In this document: positions 19,919 to 29,288 of the stretch, one piece after another | How positions within the stretch are numbered: position 1 is the first letter of the stretch | How the letters are laid out: each line of letters begins with the position of its first letter | From: an uncultured Alphaproteobacteria bacterium | GTDB taxonomy: Bacteria > Pseudomonadota > Alphaproteobacteria > Rhizobiales > Afifellaceae | Assembly (NCBI GenBank): GCA_963750115.1 | Contig: CAVVPM010000016.1 | Span: 280,703 to 344,702 of the forward strand | Direction of reading: 5' to 3' | DNA: 64,000 bases | Notes under the pieces: generated by a model | The model's database searches: none | What the model was told of the DNA's origin: nothing | Seen by the model: the letters and a program-made list of their open reading frames with translations, nothing else | Program-made: the position numbers and the translations under genes

Positions 19919-22669
19919 GTGCTGACCCCCGGCTTCGTTCTTCCGATCGCGGGCGCCTATCTCTCGCTCCTCTTCATTCTCGCCTTTGTCACCGACCGCA
20001 TGGCGGCGAAGGGGCGGGCGAAACTCATCAGCTCGCCGCTCGTCTATACGCTTTCGCTCACCGTCTATTGCACATCGTGGACCTTCTTCGGCGCGGTCGG
20101 ATCGGCCGCGCGGAGCGGCGCGGAGTTCGCCACGATCTATCTCGGGCCGACGCTTGTCTTCGTCGGCGCCTGGTTCCTGCTACGCAAGCTCGTGCGGATA
20201 TCGAAGACGCATCGCATCACCTCGATCGCCGACTTCATCTCCTCGCGCTACGGCAAGAGCACGCGCGTGGCGGCGCTCGTGACGCTGATCGCCGTGCTCG
20301 GGACCACGCCCTACATCGCGCTGCAACTGAAATCGGTGGCGACGAGCCTCGACACGCTGACGATCGGCCCCTCGGTGATCTCCGCCGACGCGCACGGCAT
20401 CTTCACGGATACCGCCTTCTGGGTCGCCGCCTCGATGGCCGCCTTCGTCATCATCTTCGGCACGCGCAATGTCGGCGCCGACGAGCACCATCCCGGCGTC
20501 GTCGCGGCGATCGCGTTCGAGTCGCTGGTCAAGCTCGCCGCGCTGCTCGCGGTCGGGTTCTTCGTGGTGTTCGGGCTCAAGGTGGTGAGCCCGCATTATT
20601 CCGGGATCGCCTGGCTCGACCCGGCGCTCAGGCACACGCCGCCCTTCTCGGGCAGCGATCCGGCGCGCTGGACGGCGATCCTCTTCCTCGCCGCAAGCGC
20701 GGTCATCTGCCTGCCGCGGCAATTCCAGGTGACGGTCGTGGAGGTGACCGACGAACGGCATCTGCGCACCGCGGCCTGGCTCTTTCCGCTCTACATGTTC
20801 CTGATCAGCATCTTCACCGTGCCGATCGCGGTGGCCGGGACTCGGCATCGTCGGCATCCACGGCAATCCGGATCTCTACGTTCTCACGGTTCCGATGCAG
20901 GCGGGGCGTGAGGTCCTTGCCCTCGGCGCGTTCATCGGCGGCTTCTCCTCGGCGACCTCGATGGTGATCGTCGCCTGCATCGCCCTCTCGATCATGATCT
21001 CCAATCACATCGTCATGCCGCTGCTCCTCAGGAGCCGTCGGCTGAAGCTGCATGAGAAGCGCGACCTGACCGGGCTTCTCCTCGCCGTGCGGCGGCTTTC
21101 GATCGTGCTGATCCTGACGCTCGGCTTCCTCTATTATCGTGTCGGCGCGCGCTCCGACGCGCTTGCCGCAATCGGGCTCATCTCGTTTGCGGCCGCCGCG
21201 CAGCTTTTGCCGGCGATGATCGGCGGCATCTACTGGCGCGGCGGGACCGAGCGCGGAGCGATCGTCGGGCTCATCGCCGGTTTCGGCGTCTGGGCCTACA
21301 CGCTGCTTCTGCCGAGCATCATTCGCGTCGGCGGCGCGATGCAGAGCCTCCTGACCGACGGCCCCTTCGGCATCGACTTCCTGAAGCCCGAAGCGCTGTT
21401 CCACCTGGAAGGCTGGGATCCGCTTGTGCATGCGCTCTTCTGGAGCCTTGCGCTCAATGTCGGCTGTTACGTCTTCGTCTCGCTCTTCTCCACGCAGAAC
21501 CCGCTCGAACGGCTGCAGAGCGCGCTGTTCGTCGACGCCTTCCGGACGCCAGCCGCGCGAGGCGTCGCGCGCCTGGACCGGCGACACGGCGGTCGAGGAC
21601 CTGATGGCGCTTGCCCGCCGCATCATCGGCCCGGAGCGGGCCTACCGCGCGTTCCGCGACTATGCGGAGAGCGAGCGACGCGAGATGCACGAGCTCGTCG
21701 CCGACACGCCGCTCATCTCCTTCGTCGAGCGCCAGCTCGCCGGCTCGATCGGCGCGGCCTCGGCGCGCGTGCTCGTGTCGCGCATCGCCGGCGGCGAGAC
21801 GATCAGCCTCGACGAGGTGATCACCATCCTCGACGAGACGCAGCAGGCGATCGAATACGGCCGGCAACTGGAGCAGAAATCATCCGAGCTCGAGGCAGAT
21901 CGCGGCGCAGCTGCGCGAGGCGAATGCGCGGCTGAAGGAAATCGACACGCATGAAGGACGATTTCCTCTCGCGCGTCAGCCATGAGCTTCGGACGCCGAT
22001 GACCTCGATCCGCTCCTTCGCCGAGGTGCTGCTCGATCCGACGGGCTCGCTGCGGACAAGCGCGACCGCTTCGTCGGCATCATCTACCAGGAGAGCCAGC
22101 GGCTGACGCGGCTTCTCGACGAAATCCTCGACCTGAACCGGCTGGAGCGCGGCGAGCTGACGCTGAAGCTTGCACGGCTCGACCCGGCCGACACGGTGCG
22201 CGAGGCGATGTCGGCCATGCTCGGCTTCGCGCATCAGGGAGGCGTGGAGCTTGAGGAGCGCGTGCCGGCGCGCCTGCCTGCCGTCGACGCCGACGCCGAC
22301 CGGCTGAAGCAGGTGCTGATCAACCTCATCCACAACGCCATCAAGTTCAACGACCGCAACGGCGGTCGCGTCGTCGTCTCAGGCGCAAGCCGCGGCCGCC
22401 TGGTCGTCCTTTCGGTGCGCGACAACGGGCCGGGCATTCCGCCGGCGGATCGCGTGGCGATCTTCGAAAAGTTCTCGCGCCGCGGCTCGCAGCGGGAAGG
22501 AAGCGGCCTTGGGCTTGCCATCTCCAAGCAGATCGTCGAGAGCCACGGCGGCAGGATCGAGGTGCGCGCGACGCAGGGGCGCGGCATGGTGTTCGAGATC
22601 GTTCTCCCCGCGGCGACGGCGGAGGCGGCAAGTCCGGAGATGACGCCGGCGCTTGTGGAGAGCACTTAG
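19919..22669 (+). pseudogene. Sensor histidine kinase with an N-terminal sodium:solute-symporter (SSS/SLC5)-like multi-TM domain (about 5 frameshifts as sequenced)
   Basis: The SSS-like part spans ORFs 19919..20911 and 20895..21935 (junction ...PIAVAG/LGIVGIHGNPDLYVLTVPMQAGREV). Linker in ORF 21424..21954. A coiled coil (QIAAQLREANARLKEID), then the H-box KDDFLSRVSHELRTPMTSI. The ATP-binding domain is in ORF 22196..22669 (N-box LINLIHNAIKF, G-boxes DNGPGIP and GSGLGLAI). There is no receiver domain. Confidence 0.8.
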
Positions 22670-22707
22670 CTGCTATTGGCACGGGCTCCGACACGCGCAG
22701 AACATTC

Positions 22708-23262
22708 ATGCACAATCTGATCGGCCACGCGATTGTTTCGGCTGACGACCGCATCGCCGACGCGGCGGGCCGCATGCCCGCGGCGCTTCACAACGAGCAC
22801 GACTGGGCGCTGTTTCAGGCGGCGCTCGACCGCTCCGCGCTGATGCTGATCGGCCGCGTGAGCCACGACGCGACGCCCAACCGCAAGCGCCGCCGGCGGC
22901 TGGTCGTGTCCGCCGGCGCACGCGGGCTCGAAGAGCGGAGCGACGGTCTTTGGCTGAACCCGGCCGAGGTGCCGCTCGCCAGCGCTCTTGCGGCGATTCT
23001 GCCTGAGGGCGGCGAAGTGGCGGTCGTCGGCGGGCAGGGGGTCTTCGAGCTCGTGGGCGCAACGGGGTTTGCAGCCTTTCATCTCGCCCGCGCGCGACGC
23101 CTGCAACTCCCGGGCGGCCGCGGGCTCTTCCGCGCCTGCGAGGAGGGTGCGCCAGCGGCATCGGTTCTCTCAGGCTGGGGCCTTGCTGCGGGCGAGGAAG
23201 AGATGCTCGACAAGGGAGCCGACGTCACGCTCACCGTCTGGCGGCGCGCGGCTTCTGCTTGA
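22708..23262 (+). CDS. Dihydrofolate-reductase-family (RibD C-terminal-like) protein
   Basis: Intact 184-aa ORF. N-terminus LIGHAIVSADDRIADAAGRMPAAL..EHDWALFQAALDRSALMLIGRVSHDATPNRKRRRRLVVS resembles the short alphaproteobacterial proteins usually annotated as dihydrofolate reductase family. Assigned from memory only. Confidence 0.5.
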   Translation: MHNLIGHAIVSADDRIADAAGRMPAALHNEHDWALFQAALDRSALMLIGRVSHDATPNRKRRRRLVVSAGARGLEERSDGLWLNPAEVPLASALAAILPEGGEVAVVGGQGVFELVGATGFAAFHLARARRLQLPGGRGLFRACEEGAPAASVLSGWGLAAGEEEMLDKGADVTLTVWRRAASA

Positions 23263-23375
23263 TTTAAACGCGTCGGCGGGCTCGTAGAACCCATCAAGTT
23301 CGGCTTGAAGCGCGCCGACCGTTGAAGCAATGTTGCCGCTTGGAGGGCAGGCGGGGGCAAAGAGAGGGTGACCCG

Positions 23376-24191
23376 ATGTCGTACCGATACGCCGTCATCG
23401 GGCTACTGGCCGCCTTCCTCGGCAGCAGCGCGGCTCTAGCCGCTCAGGGTGCGGCGCCCGCCAACCAGGTCGATCTTCAGCTGGTGGTGACGGTCGACGT
23501 CTCGCTTCCGATGGATCGCGACGAGCAGGTGGTGGCTCGAAACGGCTACGTCGACGCCTTCCGAAGCGCCGACTTCATCAACGCCATCCTGCAGGGACCG
23601 ACGGGCCGGATCGCGGTCACCTATGTCGAGTTTTCCGACACGCAGAGCGTGGTCGTGCCGTGGACTGTGATCGACAGCGCTCAAAGCGCCAACGCCTTTG
23701 CCGATCGGTTGAGCGAAGCGCCGGCGCAGTTCCTGCGGACCACTTCGATTTCCGGCGATCTCATGTTCGCCGCCAAACTGTTCGATAGTAGCGGGCTTCT
23801 CTCGTCGCGGCTGACAATCGACGTCTCGGGCAACGGACCGAACAATGACGGCCCGCCCGTCGTCGCGGCGCGCGACGCCGTGGTCGCAAGGGGCATCACG
23901 ATCAACGGGCTGCCGATCGACCTCGGGCCGCGTGAGGCGGTGATCGCGGACCTTGCCGACTATTACAAGGACTGCGTGATCGGAGGGCCAGAGGGGTTCC
24001 TCTTTTCGGTGAACCAGATTTCGGATTTGCCGCAAGCCATTCGCCGCAAGCTGGTGCAGGAGATCGCCGCGTATCCGCCGAATCTCAAAGCGTCGATCGT
24101 GCGGGTGCAGGACGCCCAAGTCGACTGCACGATCGGCGAGAAGCTCGGTCCGTACGTTCCCCGATTCCGGCAGTTCGCCCCGGCCCAGTAG
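23376..24191 (+). CDS. DUF1194 (vWA-like) secreted protein
   Basis: ATG at 23376 after AGAGAGGG. Signal peptide MSYRYAVIGLLAAFLGSSAALAAQG. LQLVVTVDVS...RNGYVDAFRS...IAVTYVEFSD...TIDVSGNGPNNDG...RGITINGLPI...LADYYKDCVIGGPGFLF is the DUF1194 pattern. Confidence 0.8.
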   Translation: MSYRYAVIGLLAAFLGSSAALAAQGAAPANQVDLQLVVTVDVSLPMDRDEQVVARNGYVDAFRSADFINAILQGPTGRIAVTYVEFSDTQSVVVPWTVIDSAQSANAFADRLSEAPAQFLRTTSISGDLMFAAKLFDSSGLLSSRLTIDVSGNGPNNDGPPVVAARDAVVARGITINGLPIDLGPREAVIADLADYYKDCVIGGPEGFLFSVNQISDLPQAIRRKLVQEIAAYPPNLKASIVRVQDAQVDCTIGEKLGPYVPRFRQFAPAQ

Positions 24192-24273
24192 AGCCGCGAC
24201 GTTCCCGCCCGCCCGCGCTCTTCGTCTCGCGTCTGCCGACCTCCGGACGCGGACGGCATCGGGCTTGACTCAT

Positions 24274-24294
24274 CCGTAAGCGTATAGCTTACGG
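24274..24294. promoter_or_regulatory. Perfect inverted repeat directly upstream of the second ArsR gene (candidate autoregulatory operator)
   Basis: ccgtaagc-gtata-gcttacgg (8-bp arms). It starts 4 nt after a TTGACT hexamer (24265-24270) and ends 3 nt before the GTG at 24298. Confidence 0.5.
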
Positions 24295-24297
24295 TAA

Positions 24298-24639
24298 GTG
24301 ATGGCTTACAGAAACATCGCCCTGAAAGGTCTCGCGGCGCTCGGCGACCCGACGCGGCGGCAGGTCTTCGAGCGCGTCGCGTTGCGGCCGTCCGCGGTGG
24401 GCGAGCTGGCGCGCGATCTGCCCGTGAGCCGGCCGGCCGTCTCGCAGCACCTCAAGGTCTTGAAGGAGGCAGGTCTCGTGACGGACCAGCCCGACGGCAC
24501 ACGGCGCGTCTACACCATCGACCCGCACGGGCTCGCGGCCGTGCGCGCCTGGCTCGATCAGTTCTGGGACGGGGCGCTCGCCTCGTTCAAGGCCGAAGTG
24601 GAAAAACCGACCTCCAAACCGAAGGACGAACAAAGATGA
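24298..24639 (+). CDS. ArsR/SmtB-family transcriptional regulator
   Basis: 113 aa. LAALGDPTRRQVFERVALRPSAVGELARDLPVSRPAVSQHLKVLKEAGLV. A 4-nt overlap with the next gene. Confidence 0.88.
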   Translation: MMAYRNIALKGLAALGDPTRRQVFERVALRPSAVGELARDLPVSRPAVSQHLKVLKEAGLVTDQPDGTRRVYTIDPHGLAAVRAWLDQFWDGALASFKAEVEKPTSKPKDEQR

Positions 24640-25118
24640 ATCGCGTTGTTGCCATCGCGCCCGTGCGCAAGAGCATCCGGGTCAATGCCAGCCAGGCTCA
24701 TGCCTTCGAAGTCTTCACGTCGGGGATCAGCCGGTGGTGGCCGCTGACGCACGGGATCGGAAAGGAGCCGCGCAAGAGCGTCGCCATCGAGACGCGTCTC
24801 GGCGGCCGCTGGTATGAGATCGCCGAGGACGGCACCGAGACGCCGATCGGTCACATCCGCGTCTGGGAGCCGCCGCATCGCTTCGTGGCCAGCTGGGAGG
24901 TCAGCGCCCAATGGAAGCCGGATCACGGCGACGGCTCGGAGGTCGAGGTGCGCTTCGTCGCCGACGGCCCGAACGCAACCCGGGTCGAGCTGGAGCATCG
25001 CAATTTCGAGCGCATGGGCGCCGAAGCCGGCGAGCGCATGCGCCAGGGTGTCGACGGCGGCTGGCCGGGCCTGCTGGAGCTCTTCAAGGCCGAGGCCGAA
25101 TCCGCCCCGCAAAAGTGA
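24636..25118 (+). CDS. SRPBCC (AHSA1/START-like) domain protein
   Basis: 160 aa. SIRVNASQAHAFEVFTSGISRWWP...WEPPHRFVASWEV... is the usual partner of ArsR in ArsR-SRPBCC pairs. Confidence 0.75.
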   Translation: MNRVVAIAPVRKSIRVNASQAHAFEVFTSGISRWWPLTHGIGKEPRKSVAIETRLGGRWYEIAEDGTETPIGHIRVWEPPHRFVASWEVSAQWKPDHGDGSEVEVRFVADGPNATRVELEHRNFERMGAEAGERMRQGVDGGWPGLLELFKAEAESAPQK

Positions 25119-25128
25119 GGACGATGCG

Positions 25129-25779
25129 ATGACCATCGAGCTTTATGTGGTTCCGCCGAGCCCGCGGGGTTTCAAGGCGATGGTGCTCGCCAACCACCTC
25201 GGGATCGACCACGTGATCCGGGTGATCGGGAACGGCGACAACCGGACACCCGAATACGCTGCGCTCAATCCCAACATGAAAGTGCCGACGCTGAAGGACG
25301 GCGACTACGTGCTGTGGGAGTCGAACGCGATCCTGCACTACCTCGCCGCGAAGCGGCCTGAGAGCGGCCTTTTGCCGAAAGACGAGCGCGCGCGCCTCGA
25401 TGTCTTGCGCTGGCAGTTCTGGGACCTTGCGCACTGGGATCCCGCCTGCGCTGCCTTGCTGTTCGAATATGTGGTGAAGCCACATGTGCTTCATGCCGGC
25501 GAACCGGATCCCGCGGTCATCGAAAATGCGCAGGCGCCGTTTCATCGCGTTGCATCGATCCTCAACGCGCAGCTCAAGGGAAAGCGGTTCGTCGCGGGCG
25601 ACGCGCTGACGCTCGCCGACTTTTCGATTGGCGCAGCGCTGAACTACGCCAAGCTCGCGCATTTTCCGATCGAGCCCTACGGCGAGATCGAGCGCTGGTA
25701 CGGCGATCTTTCCGCGCTGCCCGCCTGGCGGCGAACGGTCATGGAGACCATGCACGCGATCGAAGCCGAGGCGGCCTGA
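25129..25779 (+). CDS. Glutathione S-transferase
   Basis: 216 aa. N-terminal thioredoxin-like fold with NPNMKVPTLKDGDYVLWESNAILHYL, then a helical C-domain with LTLADFSIG. Confidence 0.85.
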   Translation: MTIELYVVPPSPRGFKAMVLANHLGIDHVIRVIGNGDNRTPEYAALNPNMKVPTLKDGDYVLWESNAILHYLAAKRPESGLLPKDERARLDVLRWQFWDLAHWDPACAALLFEYVVKPHVLHAGEPDPAVIENAQAPFHRVASILNAQLKGKRFVAGDALTLADFSIGAALNYAKLAHFPIEPYGEIERWYGDLSALPAWRRTVMETMHAIEAEAA

Positions 25780-25834
25780 GGCGAACGACCGGCGCCAACG
25801 CGAAGCCCCGCCCGACGGGCGTTAGGAGGCCAAC

Positions 25835-26672
25835 ATGACGTCACATGAGATCGGAACACGCGAAGAATGGCTCAAGGGACGGCTCGCGCTGCTGGAAGCT
25901 GAAAAGCAGCTAACCCGGCGCAGCGACGCGCTGGCGCGCCAGCGGCAAGAGCTGCCCTGGGTACGCATCGACAAGGATTACGTCTTCGATACTGACAACG
26001 GCGAGGAGACGCTCGAAGATCTCTTCGCCGGTCGCTCGCAGCTTCTCGTCTATCATTTCATGTTCGGCCCGACATGGAAGGCGGGCTGCCCGATCTGCAC
26101 GCTGCATGCGGAAAGCTTCGACCGCGCCATCGTGCATCTCAATCAACGCGACGTGACCATGGTCGCAGCGTCGCGCGGGCCGCTTGCCGAACTCAGCGCC
26201 TACAGGGAGCGCATGGGCCTGAACTTCCGCTGGGTCTCGTCGCTCCGGAGCGATTTCAACTTCGACTTCGAGAGTCTCGCTCAAGCCCGGCGCCGATCCG
26301 GCCGAAGTCGTGTTCAATTTCAACACGCCCTGGGCCCGCTTCAACGTCGAGGAGCACGCGGGTCTCAGCGCCTTCGTCCTCGAGGACGGCGTCGTCTATC
26401 ACACCTATACATGCCACGCGCGCGGCCTTGAGGAGTTCAACGTCACCTACCAGCTCCTCGACCGCGTCCCCCGCGGCCGTGACGAGGAGAGGTTCACCTG
26501 GCCTGCTGCTTGGATAAGGCGGCGGGACGAATACGAGACGGAGGGAATCCGCCGCCTGATCGAAGGCGGCAACGTTGGCTGCGGCCCGGTTCCAAGCGTT
26601 CTGCGGCGGCTGCCGGCTCTGTGCGCGCGTCACATGACCCCGCTCTCCCTGAAGATATCCTCCGTCCGTTGA
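25835..26672 (+). pseudogene. DUF899 thioredoxin-like protein (one extra base near 26275; 3' end uncertain)
   Basis: REEWLKGRLALLEAEKQLTRRSDALARQRQELPWVRIDKDYVFD...LLVYHFMFGP.WKAGCPICT (ORF 25835..26431), continuing as VVFNFNTPWARFNVEEHAGLSAFVLEDGVVYHTYTCHARGLEEFNVTYQLLDRVPRGRDE (ORF 26310..26672). As read, the end overlaps the convergent RraA-like gene by about 40 nt. Confidence 0.7.
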
Positions 26673-27302
26673 CCGCTCAGGATCGACCGACGGACCGCTT
26701 CTTCTGCGGCGACTTTTGCAAGCGCGGCCTGCAGGACCTCCTCGACGTGTTCACCTGGAATCGCGAGTTACGCCGTCCACGTCTCCCACGACCAGATCGC
26801 CGGGTGCGACCCGACATTTGTTCCGAAATTCGATCGAGCAGCGAAAGTCCACGACGCGCCCGCGAAGCCGCTGGTCCTGGGCATAGGCTCCGGCCGAGAA
26901 GACCGGAAACCCAAGCTCCAGTATCTCGCGGGTATCCCTGTGATACCCGTCGAGGACGGCCCCGGTGGCGCCGAGGCTCATCGCCTTCGTGCTCATGAGG
27001 CCGCCCCATAAAGCGTATAGGGGGGAGGCGCCTGCACAAATGTAGATTTCTCCGGGTTTGAGACCGTCGAGCGCACGAAACATCAACCCGAACGCTTCGC
27101 CGTCCCCGTCGCCGGCAAAGTCATCCGCAAGGTCTGCTTCGAGCACCGGCATGGCGCGCCCGACGACCCCCACGCCTGGCCGGAGACCGCGAATCTCCGG
27201 CGGCAAGAACTGCCGCGTCATTCCGCGCGCATCCATCACGTCGCCGATCACCGCCGTGAAGAGGCGCTCGTGGACGAGGTGGCGTATCTCTTCCTCTGTC
27301 AT
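26630..27302 (-). pseudogene. RraA-family protein (regulator of RNase E activity / HMG-aldolase-like); one extra base near 26760
   Basis: ORF 26751..27302 (VIGDVMDARG...GEIYICAG...ALWGGLMSTKAMSLGATGAVLDGYHRDT...PVFSAG...GDLVVGDVDGV). It continues in the next frame as PGEHVEEVLQAALAKVAAEEAVRRSILSGQRTEDIFRESGVM, with the stop at 26630-26632. Confidence 0.75.
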
Positions 27303-27413
27303 ATCAGGGTTCCTCCCGCGGATCCGGCTGCGCTTCCCAACCAGGAAAGCGTTCTTCTTCTATAGCGTCGGCGGGCTGGGGGATAAGAGTAGACGAATCA
27401 ATCGTCTAGTCGG

Positions 27414-27487
27414 TGGCTGGGGAACCTGGATTCGAACCAAGATCGACGGAGTCAGAGTCCGCTGTTCTACCGTTGAACTATTCCCCA
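27414..27487 (-). tRNA. tRNA-Gln (anticodon CUG)
   Basis: The reverse complement TGGGGAATAGTTCAACGGTAGAACAGCGGACTCTGACTCCGTCGATCTTGGTTCGAATCCAGGTTCCCCAGCCA folds as a cloverleaf: 7-bp acceptor, anticodon loop CUCUGAC, T-loop TTCGAAT, encoded CCA. Confidence 0.93.
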
Positions 27488-27599
27488 ACAGAGAAGGCGG
27501 CTTCCTAGCATCCGCCGCTTAACGGTTTCAAGCCGCCGACCCGCATGGCTGGGAGGCGGGATGCCGCCTCGCGCGAGCCGCCGATCTGGCCTATCCAGG

Positions 27600-27695
27600 G
27601 CGGATCGTCGGTTCACGGAATCGACGCCCCGCTTTATCTCATTGTTTTGTCGCAATCCCGGACGGAAAACCGGTTCCCGCTTTTACCGGAATTGC
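27600..27695. repeat. Intergenic element resembling a dispersed Rhizobiales repeat (hairpin plus aaaccggttcccgcttttaccgg box)
   Basis: Imperfect hairpin gcggatcgtcg (27600-27610) / cgacgccccgc (27622-27632), followed by ...gtcgcaatcccggacggaaaaccggttcccgcttttaccggaattgc. The translated string ...RKTGSRF..NCF recalls short junk ORFs seen repeatedly in Rhizobiales intergenic regions. Only one copy occurs in this window. Confidence 0.3.
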
Positions 27696-27725
27696 TTTAG
27701 GTCGCTCCAAGGACAATCAAACCCG

Positions 27726-29186
27726 ATGGACGCCGTTCCCGTCGCCGATCGCCCGGCCCCGCTTTCGCACGCCGAGATCCGCAAGATCATCGGCGGCGTG
27801 ATGCTGGCGATGTTCCTGGCGGCGCTCGACCAGACCATCGTCGCGACGGCGCTTCCGACGATCGGGCGGGCGCTCCACAACGTCACCGATCTGCCGTGGG
27901 TGGTGACGGCCTATCTCGTCGCGGCGACGACGGTGACGCCGCTTTACGGCAAGCTCAGCGACATCCGCGGGCGGCGCGTCATGATGCTGGTCGGGATCGC
28001 GACCTTCATGGTCGGCTCGCTCGGCTGCGCGCTCGCGCCGAGCATCATCGTCCTCATCGTGGCGCGCGCGGTGCAGGGGCTCGGCGGCGGCGGGCTGATC
28101 TCGCTTGCGCAGACGGCGGTCGCCGACGTCATCGCGCCGCGCGAGCGCGGCCGCTACCAGGCCTATTTCGCGGCGGTGTTCGCCTCGTCGAGCCTCGCCG
28201 GCCCGGTGCTCGGCGGCGTGATCGCGGAACATCTCCACTGGTCGGTGATCTTCTGGATCAACCTGCCGCTCGGCCTGCTCGCCTTCGCGATCACGAGCCA
28301 TACGTTGAAGCGCCTGCCGCGGCACGAGCGCTGGCACCGGGTCGACGTGCTCGGCGCCGTCCTCATCACCGGCGCCAGCCTGACGCTGCTCCTGGCGCTC
28401 AGCTGGGGCGGCGTCCGCTACCCTTGGGCATCGGCGGAGATACTCGGCCTCGTCGCCGGCTCGCTGGTGTTCTGGGCCTTGTTCGCGCTGCGGCTCCTGA
28501 CGGCCGAGGAGCCGCTTCTTCCGCTGACGGTTCTGCGCAATCCGGTGGTGCGGGCAGGCGTCGGCACTGCGTGCTTCGGCATGGGTGCGCTGGTCGGGCT
28601 CACCGTGTTCCTGCCGCTCTACTTCCAGGAAGTCGAGGGGCTCTCCGCCGGCCAATCGGGCCTCGCGCTGATCCCGCTCACCGTCGGGGTCGTGTGCGGG
28701 GCGACCTTCGCCGGCCGGCTCCTCGCCCGCGTCACGCACTATAAGCGCGCGCCGCTCGCCGGGACGCTTTTGGCCGCCGGCGGCTGCCTCGTCCTCGCGC
28801 TCTACGCCGCGCACATGTCGCTGACGCTCGTCGATATCACGCTCGCGGCGATCAGCGTCGGCATGGGAACGATGCTGCCGGTCACGACGGTCGCGGTGCA
28901 AAACGCCGTGCCGCTCCATCAACTCGGCACGACAACGGCGGTGAACAACTTCTTCCGCCAGCTCGGAGGCGCGCTGATGGTCGCCGGCTTCGGTGCGATC
29001 GTGCTCAATGCCGCGTCGTATTCGGGCACGGGCGGGGGCGCTTCGACCCTTCTCGGCGCCGGCGACGTCGTCGTGCACTTCCGCTTGATGTTCGTGGCCG
29101 CGGCGGCGGCATTCGGCGCCGCCTTCATCCTTCTCCTGATGATGGAGGAGCGGCCGCTCCGCAGCCAGCACGGAAGCGTCGAATAG
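27726..29186 (+). CDS. MFS transporter, DHA2 (EmrB/QacA-like, 14-TM) family
   Basis: ATG at 27726 within ORF 27561..29186. MLAMFLAALDQTIVATALPTIGRAL, GKLSDIRGRRVMML, and many hydrophobic helices. Intact. Confidence 0.85.
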   Translation: MDAVPVADRPAPLSHAEIRKIIGGVMLAMFLAALDQTIVATALPTIGRALHNVTDLPWVVTAYLVAATTVTPLYGKLSDIRGRRVMMLVGIATFMVGSLGCALAPSIIVLIVARAVQGLGGGGLISLAQTAVADVIAPRERGRYQAYFAAVFASSSLAGPVLGGVIAEHLHWSVIFWINLPLGLLAFAITSHTLKRLPRHERWHRVDVLGAVLITGASLTLLLALSWGGVRYPWASAEILGLVAGSLVFWALFALRLLTAEEPLLPLTVLRNPVVRAGVGTACFGMGALVGLTVFLPLYFQEVEGLSAGQSGLALIPLTVGVVCGATFAGRLLARVTHYKRAPLAGTLLAAGGCLVLALYAAHMSLTLVDITLAAISVGMGTMLPVTTVAVQNAVPLHQLGTTTAVNNFFRQLGGALMVAGFGAIVLNAASYSGTGGGASTLLGAGDVVVHFRLMFVAAAAAFGAAFILLLMMEERPLRSQHGSVE

Positions 29187-29288
29187 CCGCTCTCCAGCGC
29201 AGTTTGCTTCCGCGAACGCGGACGCCCTATCCTTTCTGCAACGCGAAGGGCGCGGATTCCACCTGCGCCCTCGAAGAGCGAGCAGGAT

